A DNA stretch of 64,000 bases from Spirochaetota bacterium (GTDB taxonomy: Bacteria; Spirochaetota; UBA4802; UBA5550). Positions 39,249 through 49,344 of this stretch are shown one piece after another (position 1 is the first letter of the stretch; each line of letters begins with the position of its first letter). Under the pieces are notes generated by a model. It was not told where the DNA came from, ran no database searches, and was given only the letters and a program-made list of their open reading frames with translations. The stretch is taken from positions 14,809 through 78,808 of the forward strand of contig JBNKTL010000024.1 in assembly GCA_050298055.1 (NCBI GenBank). The letters are read 5' to 3'. A program made the position numbers and the translations under genes.

Positions 39249-39713
39249 TTGAGAATAAAGATTGTTACAAAGCCGTTCGGTGAAATTGAAATTGATGAAA
39301 AACAGGTTGTGGATTTTCCCGATGGTATCCTTGGATTTGACTTTATTAAGAAGTACGCAATTATCGATTCTGATGATGAAAAGTCCCCCTTTAAATGGCT
39401 GCAGGCTTTTGATGAACCGGGTCTTGCTTTTGTCATAATAAGACCCGAGGACTTTATGTCGTCATTTGTCCTCAGGGTTTCTCAAAACGACCTTGATGCC
39501 GTGGGTATAGAGGATAAAAAAGACGCGATTGTTTTCGCCATAGTCACAATCCCCGAAAATCCTTCCGATATGACTGCTAACCTTCAGGGGCCCGTTCTTA
39601 TAAACCCGGAGAAACACCTGGGGAGACAGGCCATCTCACTTGACGACCAGCACAATGTACGGCACAGAATACTGGACGAGATAAAGAAGTCCACAGAGAA
39701 AGAGGGTAAATAA
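39249..39713 (+). CDS. fliW: Flagellar assembly factor FliW
   Basis: [21 protein letters not shown]. Confidence 0.95.
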   Translation: MRIKIVTKPFGEIEIDEKQVVDFPDGILGFDFIKKYAIIDSDDEKSPFKWLQAFDEPGLAFVIIRPEDFMSSFVLRVSQNDLDAVGIEDKKDAIVFAIVTIPENPSDMTANLQGPVLINPEKHLGRQAISLDDQHNVRHRILDEIKKSTEKEGK

Positions 39714-39714
39714 G

Positions 39715-39999
39715 ATGCTGGTACTGGCAAGAAAACTGAATGAAAGCATAATGATAGGGGACGATGTGGAGGTTGTTGTTATCGATATTAAAGGCGACCA
39801 GGTCAAGCTTGGCATACGGGCTCCGAAAAATGTTACCGTCCACAGGAAAGAGATATACCAGGACATTAAACAGGAAAATATTGCCGCCATAAGCTCTGAG
39901 TTTAAACCCGATGATCTGAGAGAGCTCTCAGATTTCTTCAGGAAGGAGAAGGAGGGGAAGAAACCGGAGGGAAAAGACAGGGAAAAAAAGGAGAAGTAG
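39715..39999 (+). CDS. csrA: Carbon storage regulator
   Basis: [24 protein letters not shown]...HRKEIY. Confidence 0.97.
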   Translation: MLVLARKLNESIMIGDDVEVVVIDIKGDQVKLGIRAPKNVTVHRKEIYQDIKQENIAAISSEFKPDDLRELSDFFRKEKEGKKPEGKDREKKEK

Positions 40000-40003
40000 T
40001 TGG

Positions 40004-40669
40004 ATGGCGGGTATCTTATCAATAGATTATCTTCTCCTCTCCCTGGTCTCATTTTCGATTCTGCTGCTTCTCCGGGAATTCTTTGCATATAAGCGGGTCC
40101 TCGCGTTAAAATATCTCCTCACACCGCTTGTCACCATCTCCATTCTCCTGGTTATTCCGGTTTCCATTAATAACAGCGGAGTAAACAGCTACAGGATACT
40201 TATTTTTACGGCCCTTCTCATGTCTCTTGTTGCGGACACACTCCTCATGATTGAAGAAGTGAATCTGCTGAAACCGGGGATCCTCTTTTTCATGCTGGCC
40301 CATATATTTTACACTGCGGCCTTTTCGGGGGGATTCAGTTTCCAGGGGTGGAACTTCCTGATCATCATCTTGCTTATTTTATTCCTGAAAAAAATCAGCA
40401 GGGTCTTTCTGGGAAAAGCGGGTGACATGAGGATACCTGTCATGGCTTATATGCTGGTCATTTCTGTTATGGTGTTTTTTGCCGTGTCAACATTTAACAA
40501 AGGGTATACCGCCAGGAGTTTCCTGTTAACGGCGGGAGCGCTTCTCTTTGTTGCTTCTGACATGGTCCTGGCTTTCAACCAGTTTGTTAAGGAGATACCT
40601 CACAGTACCGTGAAAACCTGGGCGCTCTATGCACCGGCCCAGATGTTGATTGCGCTCTCCTGTCTGTAA
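40004..40669 (+). CDS. Lysoplasmalogenase-like (YhhN) membrane protein
   Basis: S..ADT.L, F..AH.FY, GA.LF.ASD, Y..AQ. Confidence 0.85.
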   Translation: MAGILSIDYLLLSLVSFSILLLLREFFAYKRVLALKYLLTPLVTISILLVIPVSINNSGVNSYRILIFTALLMSLVADTLLMIEEVNLLKPGILFFMLAHIFYTAAFSGGFSFQGWNFLIIILLILFLKKISRVFLGKAGDMRIPVMAYMLVISVMVFFAVSTFNKGYTARSFLLTAGALLFVASDMVLAFNQFVKEIPHSTVKTWALYAPAQMLIALSCL

Positions 40670-40818
40670 TACCTGCTGTCCCCCTGAGGACATAGTCCTG
40701 TTATCTCCGGAAGGCACTGTGGAAATGATGTGAAAAAAGGGTCAAAAAAATCCTTTACAAAAACAGTGTTTTAAAAAAAGAATACATTATTTAATAATTT
40801 AGTATATAATGAAATAGT

Positions 40819-41661
40819 TTGATGAAACCGGGAAAAAATTATAAGTATGTCTTTCTTTTCTCTGCGATACTTCTGATGTCTGTCCTGAATGCAGCAGGGA
40901 AGGTAAAAAAGGAAAGTCCGGCAGGGAAAGACAATCTCGGTGGTAATAAATCAGTAACAGCTGATATACTGAAAATTAAAAAGACCGGCACTGTTATCAG
41001 TGTGGGTGGCATTGAGTTTGTTGCCATAAAAGGGGGCTGTTTTACTCTGGGCTCAGATGATCATAACGACGAGAAGCCGGCCCACAGGGTATGTGTTGAC
41101 TCATTCTGGATAGGAAAGTATGAGGTCACACAGGAACAGTATAAGGCGATTACGGGGAAAAATCCCAGCAGGTTCAAAGGAAGCAGAAGGCCGGTTGAGA
41201 AGGTGAACTGGAACGATGCGATGAATTTCGCGAAAAAATTCGGCAGGAGATTCGAAGTGGAGGCAAGGCTCCCCTACGAAGCGGAGTGGGAGTATGCGGC
41301 CCGTGCAGGTTCTTCAACGAAGTTTTTCTGGGGAGACAGCTTTCATGAGGATTATGCCTGGTACAGCGGAAATTCAGGGAAACAGACAAACCCGGTCGGC
41401 CAAAAAAAACCGAATCCCTGGGGTCTGTATGATATGTCGGGAAATGTCTGGGAATGGTGTATGGACTGGTATGGGAGCATGTATTACAGTAAAAGCCCGG
41501 AAAGAAATCCCCGGGGGCCCCAAACGGGTAAGTACAGGATCTTAAGGGGCGGATGCTGGGACGATTACAGGTTTAACCTGCGTTCGTCATACCGCAACTA
41601 CATTAACCCGGATTGCCGCTATTATGATGATGGTTTTCGCCTGGTTATTCCTGTGAAGTAG
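40819..41661 (+). CDS. Exported FGE-sulfatase/CLec-fold protein
   Basis: P.H.V, YEVTQ.QY, LP.EAEWEYAAR, PNPWGLYDMSGNVWEW, RGG.W..GFR. Confidence 0.9.
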   Translation: MMKPGKNYKYVFLFSAILLMSVLNAAGKVKKESPAGKDNLGGNKSVTADILKIKKTGTVISVGGIEFVAIKGGCFTLGSDDHNDEKPAHRVCVDSFWIGKYEVTQEQYKAITGKNPSRFKGSRRPVEKVNWNDAMNFAKKFGRRFEVEARLPYEAEWEYAARAGSSTKFFWGDSFHEDYAWYSGNSGKQTNPVGQKKPNPWGLYDMSGNVWEWCMDWYGSMYYSKSPERNPRGPQTGKYRILRGGCWDDYRFNLRSSYRNYINPDCRYYDDGFRLVIPVK

Positions 41662-41663
41662 GC

Positions 41664-41760
41664 CGGGGTTATTTCTGGTAATAGGCGGGGTTATTTCTGG
41701 TAATAGGCGGGGTTATTTCTGGTAATAGGCGGGGTCACGTGACCCCGCCTATTACCAGAA
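41664..41760. repeat. Three 22-bp tandem repeats fused to a perfect 44-bp palindrome
   Basis: (CGGGGTTATTTCTGGTAATAGG)x3 at 41664-41729; palindrome 41717-41760 centred on CAC|GTG. Confidence 0.95.
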
Positions 41761-42565
41761 TATGCCTCTTCCCGAAAACCCTCACATATCCCGAATAGAG
41801 TTTCGTTGAATGGGGATGCCTGAAGGGTTCCACCTTTCTCTTCATCATGTCATTTTTTGCATAGAGCTTTCTGCCAACAGAGCTTGCAGAGTAGACTTTC
41901 TCTCCATTATCGATTATTATATAGAATTTTGTTTGAGTTGCATCGGTAGTTGTACTGCCGAAATGGTCAAAAGCCGTATAGGTCCCGTTCCTGTATGTGA
42001 ACCGGGAATGTTCATTGTCCGTGCGGACTTCCTTTTCCGTGTCCTCTTTATTTATGATCAGCAGATCCGAAAACGGTGAGATAAACCATGACCGGTTTTT
42101 TTCATATGTTATCCACTTGTAAGGCCTGTCCCGGTACTCCTTCTTCTCCTTCGCTTCCCTGTAAACCGGTTCACCTTTCGGTTCATTCCTGTGCCGGAGC
42201 AGGGGAAAATCCTCAACGCTCCTGTCCCGGAGTTCCCCGATTTTTCTGAGGAGAAAATGGATGAGATCAAAATCAATACCCTCCCCGGTGTAATGCCGCC
42301 TGTATTCCCTGATGAGGGTATTGAGCTTCATTACATGACCGCCGCCGTGGATGGAGTTGTAACTTGAATAGATGGATGAGAGGGTGTTGAGTTCTTCCTC
42401 GATGAGATCATAGATCTCATCGAAACCGGAGTATTTTATCTCAAGCTCCTTTACCGCGCTGTGGAGTTTGCCCTGGATCTCCTCGATCTTCTCCATGCTG
42501 ACGCGCCAGAATTCGGAGTAGTCCAGGTATTTCCCATTGCCGTCTATGCCATTTTCCTTATTCAT
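41735..42565 (-). CDS. Hypothetical protein
   Basis: 276 aa ORF; its 3' end forms the right arm of the palindrome. Confidence 0.7.
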   Translation of the reverse strand: MNKENGIDGNGKYLDYSEFWRVSMEKIEEIQGKLHSAVKELEIKYSGFDEIYDLIEEELNTLSSIYSSYNSIHGGGHVMKLNTLIREYRRHYTGEGIDFDLIHFLLRKIGELRDRSVEDFPLLRHRNEPKGEPVYREAKEKKEYRDRPYKWITYEKNRSWFISPFSDLLIINKEDTEKEVRTDNEHSRFTYRNGTYTAFDHFGSTTTDATQTKFYIIIDNGEKVYSASSVGRKLYAKNDMMKRKVEPFRHPHSTKLYSGYVRVFGKRHILVIGGVT

Positions 42566-42720
42566 TCCCGGTCCTGTGGATTTTTCTTAAGTTAATAAAC
42601 TGGATAGTATCAAGTAAGCTGATGCTGTCAACTGATTTTAGCAACGGGTCATGTTAATGCCAATATTAGTTTATCAGAAATTTAAAATTAATATAACTAA
42701 AAAAAGAACACAAAGTTTTT

Positions 42721-42769
42721 TTGCCACAGAGACACGGAGACACAGAGTGCCTCTATGTCTCTGTGGCAA
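42721..42769. repeat. 9-nt-periodic inverted repeat
   Basis: TTGCCACAGAGACACGGAGACACAGAG-tgc-CTCTATGTCTCTGTGGCAA. Confidence 0.85.
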
Positions 42770-42930
42770 CTCTTCCTCCGCATACTTAGTGGTATAAAAT
42801 ATTATTTCTGAACCGGGAATTTCATAATTTATTGCGGCCAATACTTATTTAAGGAATAAATACAGCTTAAATCTAATAAAATAATTGATATATCATTAAT
42901 TATGATATATAAATATATTAATGTAAGGAG

Positions 42931-43590
42931 TTGATCATGAAAAGGATCAAGTCAATTCTCTTGATAACAGTCTTGTGGGCGCTTTCCTGCGCTTACCAGA
43001 GTCCCCTTGTGGAATGGGAAGACGGTATTATACCCTACTACTATACCGGAAGTTTTTCAGATGAAGAAATTCTCCTTATTGAAGAGGGTATGAGACGGTG
43101 GGAATCTGTCTGCGGAGTGGACTTTATTGAAGTCACTCCCCGGTCATATGCATATGAGATCAGGAAAGAGGTTGGAAACCAGTCCTGGACTTCAAGTATC
43201 GGGGAGAACAATATCAGCTGTTTCTTCAACTATGGCTACTCCACGAATCCCCTGAAGCATATCATTCATGAACTGGGGCACTGCCTCGGGTTGCTCCACG
43301 AACATCAGAGACCTGACAGGGACAGCTATGTGACAATCATCTGGGGGAATATCTATCCTGAATATGAACATGACTTTGAAATGAGAGACAATCCCCTCAT
43401 AACAGAAGAGGACTATGAGTATGATTATGACTCCATAATGCACTATCCCCGGTATGCCTTCAGCATAAATGGTTTCGAAACCATAGTACCGGCTGATCCC
43501 GATACTGATATCGGGCTGGCTGATGATATAAGTCCCCTGGATGCTGAAAAAGTCAGGGAAATTTATGGTCCCCCCGGGGACAATGATTAA
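42931..43590 (+). CDS. Astacin-like (M12A) zinc metallopeptidase lipoprotein
   Basis: HELGHCLGLLHEHQRPDRD and SIMHY Met-turn; lipobox ALSC. Confidence 0.92.
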   Translation: MIMKRIKSILLITVLWALSCAYQSPLVEWEDGIIPYYYTGSFSDEEILLIEEGMRRWESVCGVDFIEVTPRSYAYEIRKEVGNQSWTSSIGENNISCFFNYGYSTNPLKHIIHELGHCLGLLHEHQRPDRDSYVTIIWGNIYPEYEHDFEMRDNPLITEEDYEYDYDSIMHYPRYAFSINGFETIVPADPDTDIGLADDISPLDAEKVREIYGPPGDND

Positions 43591-43614
43591 TATGAGTTCT
43601 CCAAAGGTATTCAG

Positions 43615-44841
43615 GTGAAGTTTGTCAGTGCAACAATTATTCTCTCTCTTCTGGTTATGGGTAAAATGGATCTCCGGGGAAAATCAATTGTTGAGATCTA
43701 TGAATACAGCACTGTCATTGCCCGGGCGGATGAGAGGGAAAAGAAAAAGGGCCCGAATATCAGCAATAAACCGGCGGAAAAGGGGAAAAGAAGTGTTGAA
43801 GAGGAACTTGCCGAAATGCGTCGTGAAATCGAGGAGCTGAAGGACCGGGTTGCGGAACTGGAAAAGGCCGAAAACGAACGGAGCAATTTAAAATTCAGCG
43901 GGTTCTTTGATGTGGGGGCATCAAACTATAAGAACAAGCCCAATGTCTTTGAAATCGGGGGACTGGAACTTGACCTGGAGCATAATTATAAGGAGAACTT
44001 CCAGGTAGCGGCGGCCCTGGTCTTCAGTGAGGGTGCCGAGCTTGGCGTGGGGTTTATCGACTACCACATATTCGGGGGAGAGATATCTCCCCGGGGGCGT
44101 CTTTTCAAAGAGGAGGGTCTCCACCTCCAGGTCGGGAAATTCGATGTCCCCTTTGGTAATGACTGGCAGTTTTTTCCAGCTATTAACAGAATTACAGTAA
44201 CACCTCCCCTCACAACCGATGTGATCATGGAGGGAGGTTATAACGATGTGGGGATGAGGCTCCTCTCCAACTTTGTCTCCTTTAATGTGTCAATGTACCT
44301 GCTCCGGGGAATTGAGCAGGGATATTCGTACGGCGGGAATTCATACGGGGGGAGGCTGGGGATCACTCCCTTCAGCAACCCCTATTCCCTGAGGGTAAAG
44401 AGCATTCCCGTTTTTGAACTGGGCGGGTCGTATATCCTGGACGTTGACAGGAACGGGGGTACCACGGAAAAACTTGTCGCTGCTGATTTCCAGAGCAAAA
44501 TAGGTCCCCTGATTTTACGCAGCGAATACACCCGGCGCGACAAAACGGTGGGTATACTCCTCCAGGGGTATCACGTGACCGGCGGGTTTGATTTTTCCGC
44601 CATTACACAGCTTCCGCTTATAATCTACTCCCGGTACGACACAACAGTGTCAGAGAGGTATGAAAGGGGAGATGAAAAGAACAGGCTGGCCAGGGTTGCC
44701 GCCGGTCTCAATATCAACCTCTATAATATCTCCTATATAAAGTTTGAATACCTGCAGTATCTTGATGCATACGATGAGTATAAACAGGATGAGTATTATA
44801 CCGAGAGGCTCTACTATTTCCGGCTGGTTATAGCATTTTAA
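43615..44841 (+). CDS. Putative outer-membrane beta-barrel porin with N-terminal coiled coil
   Basis: FSGFFD, QVGKFDVPFG, alternating beta-strands, C-terminal Phe. Confidence 0.7.
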   Translation: MKFVSATIILSLLVMGKMDLRGKSIVEIYEYSTVIARADEREKKKGPNISNKPAEKGKRSVEEELAEMRREIEELKDRVAELEKAENERSNLKFSGFFDVGASNYKNKPNVFEIGGLELDLEHNYKENFQVAAALVFSEGAELGVGFIDYHIFGGEISPRGRLFKEEGLHLQVGKFDVPFGNDWQFFPAINRITVTPPLTTDVIMEGGYNDVGMRLLSNFVSFNVSMYLLRGIEQGYSYGGNSYGGRLGITPFSNPYSLRVKSIPVFELGGSYILDVDRNGGTTEKLVAADFQSKIGPLILRSEYTRRDKTVGILLQGYHVTGGFDFSAITQLPLIIYSRYDTTVSERYERGDEKNRLARVAAGLNINLYNISYIKFEYLQYLDAYDEYKQDEYYTERLYYFRLVIAF

Positions 44842-44849
44842 CAGGGATA

Positions 44850-45329
44850 ATGATGAAAAAAAAGCTTATAAGAGTGACACTGATAATCCTGATTTCACAT
44901 TCTTTTATGCAACTCTCCTCAAATGGAGCTGACAGTGAAACGGTTAAAATCATGCCCTTTGTTGAATCAGCTTCGCACTGCAGAAAGTGTCACTCTGATA
45001 AAAAGTCAGCCGGGCTTCTCATAAATCCTGCATTATCATGCGACATCAACTGCATGACATGCCACGGGAAAAAGAAGGAAGTCATGGAAAAACACCATGC
45101 GGTAAAGGTCAGGTTGAGTTTCAAAACGAAATTCCAATTCAGGTTGTCGGTACATAACAGGATGATGTGTATTACATGCCACAACCTTAATGGGAAAAGA
45201 TTTGATTCGGTATCATGGAAATCTGAAAGTCTCTTTGAAAAGATGTTTAAAGGGAAGTCCCGTTATAAAACATTTTATCTTGTCATGAGAAATAATAAAG
45301 GTACACTGTGCGTGCAATGCCACTATTAA
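44850..45329 (+). CDS. Exported tetraheme cytochrome c
   Basis: Signal peptide; CRKCH, CMTCH, CITCH, CVQCH. Confidence 0.85.
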   Translation: MMKKKLIRVTLIILISHSFMQLSSNGADSETVKIMPFVESASHCRKCHSDKKSAGLLINPALSCDINCMTCHGKKKEVMEKHHAVKVRLSFKTKFQFRLSVHNRMMCITCHNLNGKRFDSVSWKSESLFEKMFKGKSRYKTFYLVMRNNKGTLCVQCHY

Positions 45330-45348
45330 TGCCTGATGGAGAGAGAAA

Positions 45349-45906
45349 ATGAACAATCAACATGAAAGAAGAATAATATTGATAAACAAAAAGTTCCAGT
45401 TTAAGATGATAATAAAATTCATCCTTATTAATATTATCATACTGACACTCTTCGGTTATCTCTGTTATATCTTTTTCGACAGTGAGATTGAAAGTAACCT
45501 GCAATCGGCACATGTGAGCTATACGAATTTCAGGGATATGCTCTTTCCTATTGTCCTTACCCTCTCGCTGATCAATATCATTCTCTCTTCATTGATTATA
45601 AGCGGATATGTTCTCTATGCTTCCTTCAGGCTGGCAGGTCCCATGTACAGGTTTAATGAAATCAGCAGGGCCATTGGCGAAAGGGACCTCAACCCGGTAA
45701 CGAAGATCAGGAGTGATGACCAGTTCTCCGAATGCTCCAGGACAATATCCGCCTCCATGAAAATTCTCTCCGATGATATTGCCCTGATGAAAGATCATAT
45801 TGGCAGCCTGAGAGATCTTACTGAGAAAAACGGTGAGAAAGGACTGCTCTTGGTTAAAATTAAAGAGCTGGAAAAGATAACCGGAAAGTACAGGCTTCAG
45901 GGGTAA
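45349..45906 (+). CDS. Two-TM protein with HAMP-like domain
   Basis: RR..LI.KKFQ, two TMs, RLAGP.YR..DL..IR..DQ. Confidence 0.75.
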   Translation: MNNQHERRIILINKKFQFKMIIKFILINIIILTLFGYLCYIFFDSEIESNLQSAHVSYTNFRDMLFPIVLTLSLINIILSSLIISGYVLYASFRLAGPMYRFNEISRAIGERDLNPVTKIRSDDQFSECSRTISASMKILSDDIALMKDHIGSLRDLTEKNGEKGLLLVKIKELEKITGKYRLQG

Positions 45907-45956
45907 TTCTGTTCAGCGGCTTTCCCCCTGAAGCGGCCCCGTTCATTTCGCAGTCC

Positions 45957-47006
45957 TTAAAGCTTAAACTTCCGGGCCTCATCGATCTTGAGTTCAACAG
46001 GGCTCTTTTTGATGGCTGGCGGAAGCTGTATCATTGTAGAACCATCCAGACGGAAATCCACCAGTTTACTCTTAAAAGCGTCAAGAACGGATTTTGACAG
46101 TGCCCTGGTACTGAACTCATTTACAACAGTGAGTATCATCTTATTAGCGATCTTCCTTATATTCCCGGTATTCCCTTTTACGAGCAGCTGGTTTTTCACA
46201 TAGAAGTTATATTTCAGTTTTTTGAAATTCAAATGCGCCCGTGTTTTATTCTGGAGGACAATATCAAATTTTACCTTCAGCTTGAGATCAAGGTCTTTGG
46301 GTGCAACCTCTTTTGTGATATCTTTAGCGGATTTTTTCTTTTTAGAGAAGACCATATCGAGATAGTTAATGACCTTCTCGGGTTCTATGGATTTCTTACC
46401 GGCCTTTCTCAGTGAATTGACAACATCACTCTTTTTCGGCATCTGGACCGTGAAGTTCATTATATCAATAGTCGGTTTAATGGCCGGGATCTTCCTGGAC
46501 AGCTTGAAGGGGACAGACCATACCCTGGGAAACCCGGAAATCCCCACACGGGGAAGATTGATCAGGATGTCCCCTTTTATTGTCACATCCAGGTAGTCTT
46601 TAGACTGGTAAGCCCTGATGATCCGCATGATCTCGCTGTATTTCAGGTTAAGGGTAAACTGGTTGTTTCTTGATTTTTTCGCAGGGATTTTAAGCCCCTT
46701 TGCGGCGCTGGTTTTGAGAAAGGGCCTTTTCTCAATGTGCAGGTCCATGTTAACGCCCGCGAGGTTTATTCCCAGGGGATAGGGATTGCTTATCTTCACA
46801 TCAAAAAGAAATGTAATGTCCCGGAAGCTTATCTGTATGATATCAACATTTTCGATCTGCGCGGATGGCCGTTTTTTAAATATGGAGGAGTCCCGCAACC
46901 TGAAACCCGGCAGTGTGCTTATTGATATTATTGCAATGAATATCAGCATTAACCGCCTTTTCGTAAACTGCTTTCCCGATACCCTGTCTTTATTGTTTCT
47001 TCCCAT
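45957..47006 (-). CDS. LEA type 2 (WHy) domain protein
   Basis: N-terminal TM, NPYP..I.L motif, two repeated beta-sandwich domains. Confidence 0.75.
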   Translation of the reverse strand: MGRNNKDRVSGKQFTKRRLMLIFIAIISISTLPGFRLRDSSIFKKRPSAQIENVDIIQISFRDITFLFDVKISNPYPLGINLAGVNMDLHIEKRPFLKTSAAKGLKIPAKKSRNNQFTLNLKYSEIMRIIRAYQSKDYLDVTIKGDILINLPRVGISGFPRVWSVPFKLSRKIPAIKPTIDIMNFTVQMPKKSDVVNSLRKAGKKSIEPEKVINYLDMVFSKKKKSAKDITKEVAPKDLDLKLKVKFDIVLQNKTRAHLNFKKLKYNFYVKNQLLVKGNTGNIRKIANKMILTVVNEFSTRALSKSVLDAFKSKLVDFRLDGSTMIQLPPAIKKSPVELKIDEARKFKL

Positions 47007-47278
47007 TGATTTACCCTCCTTTAGAGTATTATGTCAGCATAACCATCCGCAAACCACAATATTATTTACATATAAGAGGCTGTCTGTCAACAAAAATCAA
47101 CGGGAACTGTCCGAGAACCGGGGAGTTGACAAAAAAACCGGTAACTCTGATAAACAATTGGAGTGTGATAACGGAATTGGAAACTTTTTACTTGACTTCC
47201 ATACTTGCCGGATTATTGATACCCCTAAATATTATGGATTTGCTTTTAAATCCTTTTACAAAATTACAGGATAGAATC

Positions 47279-48043
47279 ATGATCGGGAAAAAGATCCGTC
47301 TTCAGAGAATAATCAACAGGAACACAAACAGGATAATTGTGGTCCCCCTGGACCATGGTGTTACAATAGGCCCTGTGAACGGCCTTATTGACCTTGCGGG
47401 TACTGTGGACAAGATCGCGCGGGGAGGGGCCAATGCCATCCTTCAGCACAAAGGGATTGTGGCAACCGGTTTTCGGGACCGGGGGAAGGACATCGGGCTG
47501 ATTATTCATCTCTCTGCCAGCACCGTGCTTGCTCCCGATTCCAATGCGAAGACCCTTGTCTGTACCGTTGAGGAAGCAATGAAGATGGGAGCGGACGCGG
47601 TATCCATACATGTGAACATAGGCGCAAATACTGAGGCGGAGATGCTTGCCAATTTCGGTGAGGTTTCCCGGGCATGTCTTGAATGGCAGATGCCCCTTCT
47701 TGCCATGATGTATACCCGGGGCGAAAAGATAAAGGACGAGTACAATGGTGAAGTTGTAAAGCATGCGGCACGTGTAGGAGCAGAGCTTGGCGCGGATATT
47801 GTCAAAGTAAACTATACCGGGTCACCGGAAACATTCAGAGAAGTTGTGGAAGGATGCCCGGTACCTGTTGTCATTGCCGGCGGTGAAAAGATGGAGAGTG
47901 ATGAAGAGATACTGGCCATGGTTGAAGGAGCGGTCAGTGCCGGGGGCGCGGGCGTATCAATAGGAAGAAATATATTTCAGCACAGGGACCCCGAGGAGAT
48001 TGTCGCAAAGATCTCCCGGATAGTACACGGAAGCCAGACATGA
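47279..48043 (+). CDS. 2-amino-3,7-dideoxy-D-threo-hept-6-ulosonate synthase (AroA'-like DhnA aldolase)
   Basis: [39 protein letters not shown]; start ATG 47279; paired with DHQ synthase II. Confidence 0.85.
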   Translation: MIGKKIRLQRIINRNTNRIIVVPLDHGVTIGPVNGLIDLAGTVDKIARGGANAILQHKGIVATGFRDRGKDIGLIIHLSASTVLAPDSNAKTLVCTVEEAMKMGADAVSIHVNIGANTEAEMLANFGEVSRACLEWQMPLLAMMYTRGEKIKDEYNGEVVKHAARVGAELGADIVKVNYTGSPETFREVVEGCPVPVVIAGGEKMESDEEILAMVEGAVSAGGAGVSIGRNIFQHRDPEEIVAKISRIVHGSQT

Positions 48044-49044
48044 AAAAGTGCTGGGTGAGCCTCACAGAGTGGAACAAGGATATTGTTACCGAGTCCATAG
48101 AATCGGGTGTTAATGCAATACTGGCTTCCCCCCGGCTGGTCCCCCGGATCAGGGAGCTGGGAAGGATAGCGGTTGTATCGGAGAAGGATGGGGACCTCTC
48201 TATTCCCGGTGATGTTGAGATCGTTGAGATAAAGAATAAAAAGGATGAAGAATATGCCGCAGCCGCGCTGAATTCAAAGACCGTCATTGTCAGGACAACA
48301 GACTGGGACATCATCCCTATCGAAAATCTCATACCCCGGGGCGGCGAAAGGCTTTTTACCTATGTCAGGGACCTGGAAGACGCCAGACTTGCCGTGGAGA
48401 TAATGGAAAAGGGGGTTGCAGGTCTGGTCCTGGAAACCTCCGATCCGGCCATTGTCTCCGAGGTCGCAGATTATATTAACGGGCTCAATGTGGAAAAAAT
48501 TGACCTGGTCTCATTGGAGGTTACCGAGGTGAAGAACCTCGGTATCGGCGACAGGGTGTGCGTGGATACCTGCAGTAACCTGAATCCGGGGGAGGGACTC
48601 CTGGTGGGGAACTCCAGCAGCGGGATGTTTCTTGTGCATGCGGAAAACCTGGAAAATCCTTATGTGGATCCCCGGCCCTTCAGGGTGAATGCAGGGGCAG
48701 TCCACTCGTATATTCGTGTGCCCGGCAACAGGACGCGGTACCTGGGTGAGCTTTCCACCGGTGATACTGTCCTTGTTGCTGACAGTAAGGGGACCGGGTC
48801 AACAGTCTATGTGGGGAGGTCCAAAATTGAGAAGAGGCCCATGCTTGCTGTTTTTGCACGTGACGAATCCGGAAAATCCCACTCGGTCATTCTGCAGAAT
48901 GCCGAAACAATCAGGCTCACGGGGCTGAAGGGTGAAGCAATAAGCGTTGCCTCCCTTAAACCGGGAGACAGGATTCTCGGTTATGTTGAGAAGGGCGGCA
49001 GGCACTTTGGTATGGCAGTGGATGAAACGATTCTGGAAAAGTGA
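48040..49044 (+). CDS. 3-dehydroquinate synthase II (AroB'-like)
   Basis: [44 protein letters not shown]. Confidence 0.92.
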   Translation: MKKCWVSLTEWNKDIVTESIESGVNAILASPRLVPRIRELGRIAVVSEKDGDLSIPGDVEIVEIKNKKDEEYAAAALNSKTVIVRTTDWDIIPIENLIPRGGERLFTYVRDLEDARLAVEIMEKGVAGLVLETSDPAIVSEVADYINGLNVEKIDLVSLEVTEVKNLGIGDRVCVDTCSNLNPGEGLLVGNSSSGMFLVHAENLENPYVDPRPFRVNAGAVHSYIRVPGNRTRYLGELSTGDTVLVADSKGTGSTVYVGRSKIEKRPMLAVFARDESGKSHSVILQNAETIRLTGLKGEAISVASLKPGDRILGYVEKGGRHFGMAVDETILEK

Positions 49045-49344
49045 TTTATCCTGATTATTTTACTGTTTTTTTGAATTTTCTTTGACTAATTGTTTCTCTT
49101 TTTTTAAAATATGTTTTCCATAAGCTTTCCTGCTTTTGCTTTTTCAGATGTATACCGGTTTTAAAGTCTCAATGATATTTGCTTTAAAATTTTGGCAGAC
49201 TGATTTTTCCGGTAGCAAATTTTTACTCTGACGGGATTTATTCATAATAAAAAATTTGTTTACTAAAACGGAAATAATATATAAATAGACAGGGATAACT
49301 GAGTCCCGTTTTAAAAAGGAAATAACAAATAAAGGAGATTATAT

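Noticed and set aside
41664..41729. Possible CRISPR array
   Set aside because: The 22-bp repeats are directly adjacent with no spacers, and no cas genes are present
40819..42565. Complete diversity-generating retroelement
   Set aside because: No reverse transcriptase, Avd or adenine-rich template repeat visible in the window
47006..47278. N-terminal extension of the aldolase ORF
   Set aside because: Homology starts at MIGKKIRL (47279); upstream is a divergent promoter region
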